Below, in pieces: positions 1 through 8,585 of a stretch of 22,422 bases of DNA. Location: the IMG/VR virus record IMGVR_UViG_3300010280_000442, positions 64,001-86,422 of that record. The stretch is one strand, 5' to 3'. The position numbers were made by a program, and so were the translations under genes. Source of the stretch: a virus. Its lineage: Duplodnaviria; Heunggongvirae; Uroviricota; Caudoviricetes. How positions within the stretch are numbered: position 1 is the first letter of the stretch; the number at the start of each line of letters is the position of its first letter. Below the pieces are notes generated by a model that searched no databases, was not told where the DNA came from, and saw only the letters and a list, made by a program, of their open reading frames with translations.

Positions 1-1
1 C

Positions 2-487
2 ACTTGGTACCTTCACTTTCAGATATTCTGGAGCAGTTAGGAGCAGTTCATTCCGTATTTCACGTTCTTCCAGCGATGCATAATTATTGTTTTCAAACAA
101 AACATCTAGTAAAATATAAAACGGTTTTCCATTTATCGGGGAATCATAGGTGAACTTAAAATGACGCTTTTCAATTTTATTTTTGCCAACCCTGCTCTGT
201 TCCTCTACACTAACAAATGGAAATATTTCTGAGGCTTTTGCAATATAATTATCAACATCCGTTCCTGGTTCTACTATGATATCAATGTCCGTAGACAATC
301 TCTGTGGATGCTCCAAAAGCAGCATAAGGCAGGTTCCGCCCTTAAAAATGAATGGCATCCCTACCCTTGTAACTGCTTCAAGAAGCCCAAACGCATATAC
401 TGCCCTTTCCAGCAAAGACGGGTCCCGTTTACTGTCATTCTGTAATCTTCGGATGTGTTTTTCTGAAAAATTCTCCTGTAGTAACAT
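2..487 (-). CDS. abiEii: AbiEii/AbiGii-family nucleotidyltransferase toxin (type IV TA / abortive infection); runs off the left edge
   Basis: Not in the ORF track; translated by hand from ATG at 487: MLLQENFSEKHIRRLQ...FIFKGGTCLMLLLEHPQRLSTDIDIIVEPG...LKVKVPS, open to the window edge. KGGT and RLSxDID are AbiEii motifs. Starts 2 nt after the stop of the upstream gene. Confidence 0.9.
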   Translation of the reverse strand, partial: MLLQENFSEKHIRRLQNDSKRDPSLLERAVYAFGLLEAVTRVGMPFIFKGGTCLMLLLEHPQRLSTDIDIIVEPGTDVDNYIAKASEIFPFVSVEEQSRVGKNKIEKRHFKFTYDSPINGKPFYILLDVLFENNNYASLEEREIRNELLLTAPEYLKVKVPS

Positions 488-489
488 AG

Positions 490-1224
490 TCAATTCTCCG
501 TCCTTAAAACAATGTCTGTATTATCCTGAATCAAACTACGGATATTACTCTCTGCACCTCTGCGTTTCGCATACCGGAACATACAGCTCTCATCGATTGC
601 ATACCGTTCAAAGGCATTCATATAAATACCTGGGTATTCGGATTGGCTTACTGTATCCAAAATGAGTTTGTCAGCCATGATATCGACCAGCATTTTTTCT
701 ATGCGAGTATGCCATTTTACTGTTTTCCCCATTGGAGCTTCACTAACCAACTTTTCCAGTACAATCATTCCATCACGCCAATATTGCTGATACAGAGCTT
801 TCGTAGGGGTAATGAGCACCCTTCCCGGATATCTTTCCTTCAGCGTATCAAATACAAAATTAATAATATCCGCCTCAACAGAAACAAAAATAATATTGTG
901 TGCCAGTTGATGGTTCACGAATTCATTTAGTTGCACAAGTTCAAAAATACTAAAACTCAAAAACGGATGCTTTTCCGCAACCAAATCTGCCACTTCCTTT
1001 GCTGTAGTGGAATACCTATGTTCATATACGCTAATCTCTTTCTGCGGAACACAATACATATTTCTTCCAACTCGCATGATTGTTCCGTCCTTTAGGTAGG
1101 CTTGAAGCTTTCTCTTAAAGGCTGCGTTACTTATTTGACCTCCATTCCTGCACATTGCCTGGAATAGGTCTGACCTGCTGAAGGATTCCATTGTTTTAAG
1201 GTCATTTATATACATATCCCCCAC
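490..1224 (-). CDS. AbiEi-like antitoxin / transcriptional regulator (DUF6577-like)
   Basis: 244 aa, GTG start with GGAGGTG RBS. N-terminal winged-helix-like segment (LKDGTIMRVGRNMY). Coupled to the AbiEii gene. Confidence 0.8.
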   Translation of the reverse strand: MGDMYINDLKTMESFSRSDLFQAMCRNGGQISNAAFKRKLQAYLKDGTIMRVGRNMYCVPQKEISVYEHRYSTTAKEVADLVAEKHPFLSFSIFELVQLNEFVNHQLAHNIIFVSVEADIINFVFDTLKERYPGRVLITPTKALYQQYWRDGMIVLEKLVSEAPMGKTVKWHTRIEKMLVDIMADKLILDTVSQSEYPGIYMNAFERYAIDESCMFRYAKRRGAESNIRSLIQDNTDIVLRTEN

Positions 1225-1252
1225 CGCTGTTCACCTCCATTTCGTGATCTTT

Positions 1253-1357
1253 TCGGCAATATTGTATTGGTATTGCCGATTTGCTACTTTATTATATCCC
1301 AGGCGATTAAAAAAATCAAGCATTTCGGCAATAATATCTTTCGATTGCCGAAATGCT
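1253..1357 (-). promoter_or_regulatory. Sigma-A promoter of the AbiE operon flanked by two TCGGCAAT-N11-ATTGCCGA operators
   Basis: Minus-strand TTGATT (1314-1319), 17 nt, TATAAT (1291-1296). IR cores at 1253-1279 and 1325-1351; the second extends to 14 bp (1319-1332 / 1344-1357). Confidence 0.75.
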
Positions 1358-1373
1358 CATTTATATTGATAGG

Positions 1374-1850
1374 TCATTCAAACAGGCTTCTTGCCTTCCA
1401 TTCCATGTATTCGTCCACTACAGCCGCGAACTGAAGCAATGACGTTTTGCGGTATCGGCTGACCGTCATCCTCGAAACACAGTATTTCTGTATCACTTCC
1501 TGCCATGACAGTCTTTCTATAAATAGGCTTTCTGCCACCTGCCGGACATCACTGTCCAATTGCTGAAGGCTATATTCAAACAAATATAGTCTTTCTTTAT
1601 TTGCAAGATATACATCTAACTTGTTCGCATCACAAGGGGCAAGATCCGGCATTACAAATGTGTCCGCCGAAAGACAGTCCAATGCTTCAAACGCTGTTGT
1701 TTGAATCTTCCCTTTTTGAATAAGGGAAGGGTATCGAGCTTCAAACTCGTCGCAATAATCACGCATTTCTACATACCTATGTGCAGCATTCACAGCATAT
1801 TCGGTTCCTTCTTTGCTGTTTTGGAGTATTCTTTTCTTTTTTCTCCCCAT
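1374..1850 (-). CDS. Phage-type transcriptional activator-like protein, C-terminal sigma region-4-like HTH (DUF1492/RinA-ArpU-like)
   Basis: Start moved to ATG 1850 (AAGGAG RBS): MGRKKKR... The C-terminus LFIERLSWQEVIQKYCVSRMTVSRYRKTSL is HTH-like. Confidence 0.6.
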   Translation of the reverse strand: MGRKKKRILQNSKEGTEYAVNAAHRYVEMRDYCDEFEARYPSLIQKGKIQTTAFEALDCLSADTFVMPDLAPCDANKLDVYLANKERLYLFEYSLQQLDSDVRQVAESLFIERLSWQEVIQKYCVSRMTVSRYRKTSLLQFAAVVDEYMEWKARSLFE

Positions 1851-1854
1851 TCTG

Positions 1855-2409
1855 CTATTTCTCCTTTTCCGCAATATATGTGACTGACATAATTTCTTCC
1901 GCAATGGCTTCTATCGCCTTTTCTCTTGCATCTGATATCTGCTGCGGCTTAAGCCGGTTCCCATACTCATCTTTTACCTTACTCCATGGACGATGCTCTA
2001 TGTAAAGGCAACGAAATACTGCCTTTGTTCGGTCATCCATCCTCTCATTCATAGCAACCTCAACAATTCCAATCTCACGGTTCATCTGGTCAAGCTTTGC
2101 CTGCTGTTTTCGGGCTTCTTCCCGAATGCGCTGTCTTTCCTTCCAGACAAATCCGTTATCCAAAAGGATTGCAATCCTCTCCGGCTGGTTGGAAATATTA
2201 CTGGTCTGCACCCGTTCCGTATCATAGCTGACCGCGCCGCCAATCAAATCCTGGATCGCCATATCCTCTGTGTATTCAAAATTGCCGGCCATCAAATCCC
2301 TTAACTGGTCTCTTTCCTTTACTGTTTCCGAATACCGTCCGGTCAGAAGGAGGGCTTCCTGCAGGAAACGCTCCTCAATCTCATATTTTTCTTTCTTAGG
2401 TCGTCCCAT
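1855..2409 (-). CDS. Phage-type transcriptional activator-like protein (DUF1492/RinA-ArpU-like)
   Basis: GGAGG RBS. The ERVQTSNISNQPERIA segment and C-terminal LYIEHRPWSKV...ISDAREKAI are typical of the activator that follows SNF2 in Firmicute phage modules. Confidence 0.6.
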   Translation of the reverse strand: MGRPKKEKYEIEERFLQEALLLTGRYSETVKERDQLRDLMAGNFEYTEDMAIQDLIGGAVSYDTERVQTSNISNQPERIAILLDNGFVWKERQRIREEARKQQAKLDQMNREIGIVEVAMNERMDDRTKAVFRCLYIEHRPWSKVKDEYGNRLKPQQISDAREKAIEAIAEEIMSVTYIAEKEK

Positions 2410-2444
2410 TGTCCAATCCTCCCTCTGGCCGAACCGTATATTTC

Positions 2445-3821
2445 TTATCTTCCAAGCCTCGCTTTTACCGCTGCGATCAGCTTCTCCTGTGTTACATCCT
2501 TCTGTTCCAGCGCCGCCATAACATCCTCATCTACCGTCCCTTTCGTGATGATATGATGAATGGTAACCACCTCAGTCTGTCCCTGCCGCCATAATCTGGC
2601 GTTGGTCTGCTGATACAGTTCCAAACTCCACGTTAAGCCAAACCAGATCAGGATATGTCCGCCCTGCTGGATGTTCAGACCATGCCCGGCACTTGCCGGG
2701 TGGATGAGGGCAACCGGAATGTGTCCGGCATTCCAGTCCCTGATATCTTCACTGGTCTTAATGTCTCTGGGCCGGAATCCTAATTTTACCAGATGCTCTT
2801 CGATCCGTTTCTTATCATGTTTAAACCAGTATGCGATCAGGACGCTTTGCCCGTTGGCCGCTTCGATCAGGTCTTCCAACGCTTCCAACTTGTGCCTGTG
2901 GATTTCACGGGCTGCGCCGTTTTCATCGTATACGGCCCCGTTCGCCATCTGCAGAAGTTTCCCGGAAAGAGCCGCCGCATTGGCGGCATCAATATCCCCG
3001 TCCTCCAGCGGGATCAGCAGGTCTTTTGCCAACATATCATAGAGTTTCTTTTCCTGCGTCCCCATCTCTACCTCGTGGGAAGCCATGACACACTCCGGCA
3101 TATTGAGATAATCCAACGCTTTCATCGAAATTGTGATATCTGAAATCCTTTCGTATATCTGTTCCTCTGCTCCTGGACGCGGTACATACTGGAACACAAC
3201 ACCGGTCTGTGGGTTCATGCTGCCCGGCTTGAAGTATGCTTCCCTGTATCTGCCAATGAAACGTCCCAGACGTTCCCCGCCATCCAAAATACCAATCTCC
3301 GCCCACAGATCCATGAGCCCATTGGAAGTCGGTGTGCCGGTTAATCCTACGAACCTCTTTACAAACGGACGGATCTTGCGTAAGAAACGGAACCTCTGGC
3401 TCTGGTGGTTTTTGAAGGAGGAAAGCTCATCGATCACCACCATGTCAAAATCCCATCGCAGCCCATTTTTCTCGTAATACTCCACCAGCCACTTAATGGT
3501 CTCCCGATTGATGACATACACCAGGGACGGGTGGTTCAGTGCCCCGATCCGTGTTTTCTGGTCGCCCACGATGACGGAGATGGATAGGAATTTCAGGTGT
3601 TCCCATTTCTCGACTTCTGCCGGCCATGTGTCCCGTGCTACCCGGAGTGGGGCCACTACCAGCACCTTGCTCACGTCAAAAGTATCCAGCATCAGGTCAT
3701 TGACAGCCGTCAGAGTGATCGCTGTCTTACCTAATCCCATCGTCAGGAATAGGGCCGCGATTGAATGAGTTTTCACATATTGAATGCAATAATCCTGATA
3801 ATCATGCGGTATGAACTTCAT
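2445..3821 (-). CDS. SNF2-family (phage-type DEAD/DEAH) helicase
   Basis: Motifs MGLGKT, VIDELSSFKN, GLTGTP, HPASAGHGLNIQ, QTNARLWRQGQ. ATGA overlap with the VRR-NUC stop. Confidence 0.92.
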   Translation of the reverse strand: MKFIPHDYQDYCIQYVKTHSIAALFLTMGLGKTAITLTAVNDLMLDTFDVSKVLVVAPLRVARDTWPAEVEKWEHLKFLSISVIVGDQKTRIGALNHPSLVYVINRETIKWLVEYYEKNGLRWDFDMVVIDELSSFKNHQSQRFRFLRKIRPFVKRFVGLTGTPTSNGLMDLWAEIGILDGGERLGRFIGRYREAYFKPGSMNPQTGVVFQYVPRPGAEEQIYERISDITISMKALDYLNMPECVMASHEVEMGTQEKKLYDMLAKDLLIPLEDGDIDAANAAALSGKLLQMANGAVYDENGAAREIHRHKLEALEDLIEAANGQSVLIAYWFKHDKKRIEEHLVKLGFRPRDIKTSEDIRDWNAGHIPVALIHPASAGHGLNIQQGGHILIWFGLTWSLELYQQTNARLWRQGQTEVVTIHHIITKGTVDEDVMAALEQKDVTQEKLIAAVKARLGR

Positions 3822-4189
3822 CGGACATTACCTCCTTTCCCGGGGAGCGTTATATTCTCAAGTTCAGGTATTATCGCGCCCACACCTGTGGGAACCGGCT
3901 CTCCTGGCGCCCACTGTTGAAGAGCCGCAATAACTGGCTGTATCTGCTCCAGCCTGTCCACACAGAGAACCGGAAAACCAAGTTCCTGCAGCTGTTCCCG
4001 CCGTTTTCTCTGCTGGGGCCGCATCTGCTTGCCGGGGGCCTTCAGCTCTACAAAGGCGCATTTGCCGCCCAGGAGCAGCACCAGTCTGTCCGGCACACCA
4101 TTCATTGTCTGACTGGTAAACTTTAAAGCCTCGCCCCCGACCTCTTTGATCGCATCCACAAACGCCTTTTCCACTTCGCTTTCCCGCAT
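3818..4189 (-). CDS. VRR-NUC domain nuclease (own start at 4189; in frame with an upstream extension to 4390)
   Basis: MRESEVEKAF...GVPDRLVLL...FVELKAPG...RPQQ is the VRR-NUC PD-(D/E)xK pattern. GGAGG RBS upstream of ATG 4189. Confidence 0.88.
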   Translation of the reverse strand: MRESEVEKAFVDAIKEVGGEALKFTSQTMNGVPDRLVLLLGGKCAFVELKAPGKQMRPQQRKRREQLQELGFPVLCVDRLEQIQPVIAALQQWAPGEPVPTGVGAIIPELENITLPGKGGNVR

Positions 4190-4386
4190 ACACGTCTCCC
4201 TCCTCTGATGCCCTCCAAACTCTCGCTTTTGGCCGTCTGGAGGGAGGCTTTTTCTTTTTCTGCGCTCTTCACGCATGATATTCCCTATGGCTGTGTCAGC
4301 GGTCGGGTCACGATGGGACCGCCTGCCCGGATAAACCGGCGTACTTTCCGCTGAATGTGCCGCCCATCGGAACTCATAAGCTCCCA

Positions 4387-5454
4387 TCATCCGTTCAACT
4401 CCCTCCACTGCGTAGCTGGCATGGTCGCCACCTGCCATCCGATGCCTTCCAAAGCAGTTGCCCGGTCGTAGCTTTCTACATCCTGGCTGGTTCTTGTGAT
4501 GGCATTGGACAATCCGTACTGACTGAGGTCGCCTCCGGAAATCAGATAGTTCAGAATGCTGTCCTGCTCATTCTGATTCAAGTCATAGGTTTTGCCCGTC
4601 AGTTCCACCACTTCCGGCACCTTGCCGGTGATCGGCACACCGGCCGCTGTTTTTAACCGTCCGACAACCTGCGCAAATCTGCTTTCCTCAATCGCCGCTG
4701 TGGTCACATCCCTAAGCTTCAGAAGAAACGCTTTGTCTTCCGCCTCAATCGTTTCATCCGAATAGATGCTGAAGCTATCCTCCAGCGCCTTTGCCGCCCG
4801 TCCTACATGGTTCCTCCTCTCGCCCATGTCATTGACCACCATCCCGTTTGTACACACAAGGCGATAAACCAGCGGCTGTACGGAAACGGAGCCAAGTCCA
4901 ACCTCCGAGTTGGAGATCACCACGCCTGCCTGTACATAATCCCCCGGAACGACGGCCATCTCCAGACGATGATTGACAATCTTCAAATACAGCCGGTTCT
5001 CCGTTACCTCGCAGGAAACAAGCTCATACTGCTCCTGTCCGGCAAACAGCGGAAGAACCGCAACCGCAATCTCCATATTGTCGATACGGCGGTAACGCTC
5101 AGACAGCAACGCCCTCGCTACTGGTCCATTGCCGTAATCCATAGAACGGATCATATAGCTGTTGCTGCGGTCAGCAAACCAGGCATTCACATTCTGTGCC
5201 AACAGTTCCGGCTTTAGTTCCGCCATCATATCGTAGTATTTTGCCGGGATTCCCAGCGCAGAGGCAACCTGTCTGTGGAACAGCTGAGTGGTGTCAAAGA
5301 CCTCCCTCTCTTTGCTGACTACATGGTTGATCTCAAAGGTGCGGCCGTCATCCCACAGATGGAATGCTTCGGCGGGGCCGATATAATCTTTCTTTGCCGT
5401 GTTCTGACGGTTTAGCTCCGCCATGACCTCATTCAAACTTCTGCCTGTCTTCAT
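4387..5454 (-). CDS. DUF932-family protein (phage/plasmid-associated, function unassigned)
   Basis: 355 aa with LSERYRRIDN and YRLVCTNG motifs; GAGG RBS. Confidence 0.75.
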   Translation of the reverse strand: MKTGRSLNEVMAELNRQNTAKKDYIGPAEAFHLWDDGRTFEINHVVSKEREVFDTTQLFHRQVASALGIPAKYYDMMAELKPELLAQNVNAWFADRSNSYMIRSMDYGNGPVARALLSERYRRIDNMEIAVAVLPLFAGQEQYELVSCEVTENRLYLKIVNHRLEMAVVPGDYVQAGVVISNSEVGLGSVSVQPLVYRLVCTNGMVVNDMGERRNHVGRAAKALEDSFSIYSDETIEAEDKAFLLKLRDVTTAAIEESRFAQVVGRLKTAAGVPITGKVPEVVELTGKTYDLNQNEQDSILNYLISGGDLSQYGLSNAITRTSQDVESYDRATALEGIGWQVATMPATQWRELNG

Positions 5455-5539
5455 TGTGTGTCCTCACTTTCTGCCGGCGTATTTTTATTCGCCTTTTATG
5501 CGCCGGTCTTTTTATACTGTCCGCAAGGGAAAGGCACCC

Positions 5540-5878
5540 TCATAATTCCCGGTTGACTTTCTGATAAAGAATCTTCACCGCTTTCTGCATCCTCGCACGG
5601 TTCAGCCGGTTTTCATGGAGAAGCAGATTCAGCGCCTCGACCTCCTCTTTAATATTGCAGAGGATCTCACGCTGATGTTCTCCCTGCTTCTCCAGCCGCT
5701 TTTCGTAATCAGCGGCCTGTTCTTCGTAATCCGCTACCTCCTGAACATTGTCATTCAGGTACTCTTCGATATACTGCCGTGCTTCTTCGCCGACATATTC
5801 TTCTACAGCTTCCAGCACATCCTTCACATCAAACGGCGTGATGAGTTTTCCGTCCTTCAGCTTTAAAACATGTGGCAT
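5540..5878 (-). CDS. Hypothetical coiled-coil phage protein
   Basis: 112 aa, GAGGTG RBS overlapping the polymerase stop; acidic, helical. Confidence 0.7.
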   Translation of the reverse strand: MPHVLKLKDGKLITPFDVKDVLEAVEEYVGEEARQYIEEYLNDNVQEVADYEEQAADYEKRLEKQGEHQREILCNIKEEVEALNLLLHENRLNRARMQKAVKILYQKVNREL

Positions 5879-5887
5879 CCCGTCACC

Positions 5888-7879
5888 TCAATCCTTAAAG
5901 TAGTAGCTGCCCTTGTATCCTGCGGCAGCCAAGGGAAGGTCGCGGCACCATGCCGGATTCTTCGACATCAACGCGCATACTTCCTCAACGGTATATCTGC
6001 CAGCCGGTACCTCAATGATCGCCTCATCATGGACATGGCCGATAATCTCAAGTCCAGCCTGCTCCATCCGGAACATCGCCTCCACAAGGATATCCCTTGC
6101 TATCGCCTGTGTTGCGTTTTCCACCAGCTTGCCGGAGTATGTCTCTTGACGGCTCCACTTGTTGTTTGCACCAACACCCTCAAAAGTCAGGCTCATGCGC
6201 CCGAACCGGTTGGGCTGCAGCTTCGGCTTCAGATACGCCAGCTTTCTTCCACTGGGCAGCACCATCCAAAGGGTGCTGGCATAACACCGGAATTTCAGCC
6301 GGCCAACGAGATGCTCCTCATGGGTCTTATAAGTATCAATGGCGGCTTTCTCCACATCCCACCAATACTGCACGATCTTCGGATTAGCACTGCGCCAATC
6401 ATTGATCAGGTCCGGAAGTTCCGATTCCTTGAGCCCCATGTCAAGTGCTCCCATGCTGATCAGAGCGCCGCTGGAACCGCCATATCCACAGGCCAGTTCG
6501 GCTACTTTCCCTTTTTGCCTCAGTTCCCCATTGATGCCATGCTTCACAACCGGAACATGGAACATCTGGCTCGCTGACTCACAGTAAATGTCCTTGCCAT
6601 TCTGAAACGCCTCTAACCTCCAGTCCTCGCCTGCCTCCCATGCAAGCACCCTCGCTTCTATTGCGGAAAAGTCAGCTACAATAAACTCACAGCCCTCCTT
6701 CGGCACAAGCATAGTGCGTATGAGCTGGGACAGGACATCCGGTGTATTTCCATAAAGCATCTCCACTGCCTCAAAACAGCCTGCCTTTACAAGAGACCTT
6801 GCCTCATCCAGCGTGGAGATATGGTTCTGGGGCAGATTTTGCAATTGAATTCCTCTGCCAGAAAACCGCCCTGTGCGATTGGCCCCATAAAACTGGAACA
6901 GCCCTCTTGCCCTGCCGTCCTGATTGACATACCGTTCCGCCGCCTGATATTTCTTCACGCTGCTCTTGGCCATCTGCAGGCGCAGCTTCAGCATGTCAAG
7001 CGCCTCCTGGTCGCAGCCATTCTTGTCCAGTTCTTTAATCATGGCGGCGACATCTTTCTTACCGAGGCTCTCTATGGGAATCCCCTTTTCCTCCAGCCAC
7101 ATCTTTAGCTGGCTGACGCTGTTCGGATTCTCAAGTCCGGTCAGTTCATACGCTTTCTTTGTCATCTCGTCCGAAAGCATCAAGTCACAGGCAATCGCCT
7201 GCCGCACCAACTCTGTATCGATCCTGACGCCACGGTCATTGATGCGCTGATCCATACGGTAGTAATCCCACTCGGCATCTGGCATTTGAAACGCCTCCAA
7301 TCGTTTTCGGATATCACGCTCAGTCCGGACATCCTGCAGGCAGTATTCCTTGAATTTTCTCCAGCCTTCCGGATCATGCTCCGGGAAGTTTCTTGTCCTG
7401 CCGCCATTGGATTTGGTCGGTTTACACGGTACGGAAAAATATCGGATCAGGTTTTCTCCAGCCCTGTCTTTCTGTTCACCAGTCTTCAGCACTTTGGCTG
7501 CGTCCTTCAATGCCAGTGGCAAGGATAGTGAAGCGGCGTGAACCATGGAGCAGCGCCAGCTGTCAGGGGAAAGCCTCTTTCCCAGCACATGACCGATACA
7601 GGTCCGTTCGAACTGTGCGTTCCACGCCGCTTTGATGATATCCGGGTCAGCCATCGCCTCAAGCACTTCCTTCGGAATCGTTTCTCCACAGGCCATGTCC
7701 ACGATCTGGGGTTCCTCATCATCAAAGGCATAGGCAAAAAGCAGGATTTCAAAATCCGGAGCTTCCACATACCGGTACACACCGCATTTCGGGAGATCCA
7801 CACTGGAAAATGTCTCAATATCTATGCCTAGAACCTCTGGCTTCTTAGACGATTTATTCTCTGTATTAATCTCACTCAT
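5888..7879 (-). CDS. polA: Phage-type family A DNA polymerase with 3'-5' exonuclease domain
   Basis: Exo I IDIET; motif A DFSAIEARVLAW; motif B RQKGKVAELACGYG; motif C HVHDE. Leu at the E. coli Phe762-equivalent position, a variant associated with temperate phages. Confidence 0.95.
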   Translation of the reverse strand: MSEINTENKSSKKPEVLGIDIETFSSVDLPKCGVYRYVEAPDFEILLFAYAFDDEEPQIVDMACGETIPKEVLEAMADPDIIKAAWNAQFERTCIGHVLGKRLSPDSWRCSMVHAASLSLPLALKDAAKVLKTGEQKDRAGENLIRYFSVPCKPTKSNGGRTRNFPEHDPEGWRKFKEYCLQDVRTERDIRKRLEAFQMPDAEWDYYRMDQRINDRGVRIDTELVRQAIACDLMLSDEMTKKAYELTGLENPNSVSQLKMWLEEKGIPIESLGKKDVAAMIKELDKNGCDQEALDMLKLRLQMAKSSVKKYQAAERYVNQDGRARGLFQFYGANRTGRFSGRGIQLQNLPQNHISTLDEARSLVKAGCFEAVEMLYGNTPDVLSQLIRTMLVPKEGCEFIVADFSAIEARVLAWEAGEDWRLEAFQNGKDIYCESASQMFHVPVVKHGINGELRQKGKVAELACGYGGSSGALISMGALDMGLKESELPDLINDWRSANPKIVQYWWDVEKAAIDTYKTHEEHLVGRLKFRCYASTLWMVLPSGRKLAYLKPKLQPNRFGRMSLTFEGVGANNKWSRQETYSGKLVENATQAIARDILVEAMFRMEQAGLEIIGHVHDEAIIEVPAGRYTVEEVCALMSKNPAWCRDLPLAAAGYKGSYYFKD

Positions 7880-7896
7880 ATCGAATCTCCATAACT

Positions 7897-7941
7897 AAAA
7901 GGGAATGCCGGGAGGAGGCTGTTCCCTACCTCCCGGCTCCC
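7897..7941 (-). terminator. Intrinsic terminator between the SSB and polymerase genes
   Basis: Minus strand GGGAGCCGGGAGG...CCTCCCGGCATTCCC followed by TTTT. Confidence 0.65.
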
Positions 7942-7969
7942 GTCATAAGGTTGCTGTATATCTCACGGC

Positions 7970-8548
7970 TTATTTCAGAAAGTCAGGCATGTCCTCGCTC
8001 AGCGCTTCCTCGTCATCATCGCCCATTACCTCGAACTCGGACTCCGCGGACGCCTTGCCAGACAGACGCTCCCCATCTTTCACGAACTGGATATTGGACA
8101 GACCTGCTGCCACACCGCGGTTGCCATTAGCGTTGAAAGCGTAGAAATTGACGGACACGTTGCAGTAGCAGCCGGAGTAGACCATCATCGGGTCTGTGAT
8201 CCGCTGTACACGGCGGTCTACGACCTGGGGCGCGTCCTTGCTGGTGGCGTTCAGGAAATAGCAGTCTTCATAAGTCTCATCATCCGGACGGTCAATGTCG
8301 CCATCACGCAGGGGGAGTTTCAGGTTAGGCGGGATCTTGCCGTTCCACTTACGGGTCTTGCCGTCCTCCTTTGCCGCCTCCACCGCTTTCTGGATACGGG
8401 AGAGAGTTTTCTTATCGCTTTTCGGAATGACGCAGGAAACGGAATACTTCTCCTCGCTGCCATTGATGCTCTTCGGTTCCCAGATGTTCGCAAAGGAAAT
8501 GCGGCAGGGAATGATCACTTTAGTCGGGTTCATTGTTGCGTTAGCCAT
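7970..8548 (-). CDS. DUF2815 single-stranded DNA-binding protein (phage gp2.5/Enc34-like)
   Basis: Start moved to ATG 8548 (GGAGG RBS). RISFANIWEP, LPLRDGD, YSGCY, GNRGVAAGL, GERLSG motifs; acidic C-terminal tail. Confidence 0.9.
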   Translation of the reverse strand: MANATMNPTKVIIPCRISFANIWEPKSINGSEEKYSVSCVIPKSDKKTLSRIQKAVEAAKEDGKTRKWNGKIPPNLKLPLRDGDIDRPDDETYEDCYFLNATSKDAPQVVDRRVQRITDPMMVYSGCYCNVSVNFYAFNANGNRGVAAGLSNIQFVKDGERLSGKASAESEFEVMGDDDEEALSEDMPDFLK

Positions 8549-8585
8549 AGTTTTTATCCTCCATAAATTCATTGTTGTAGCTGGA

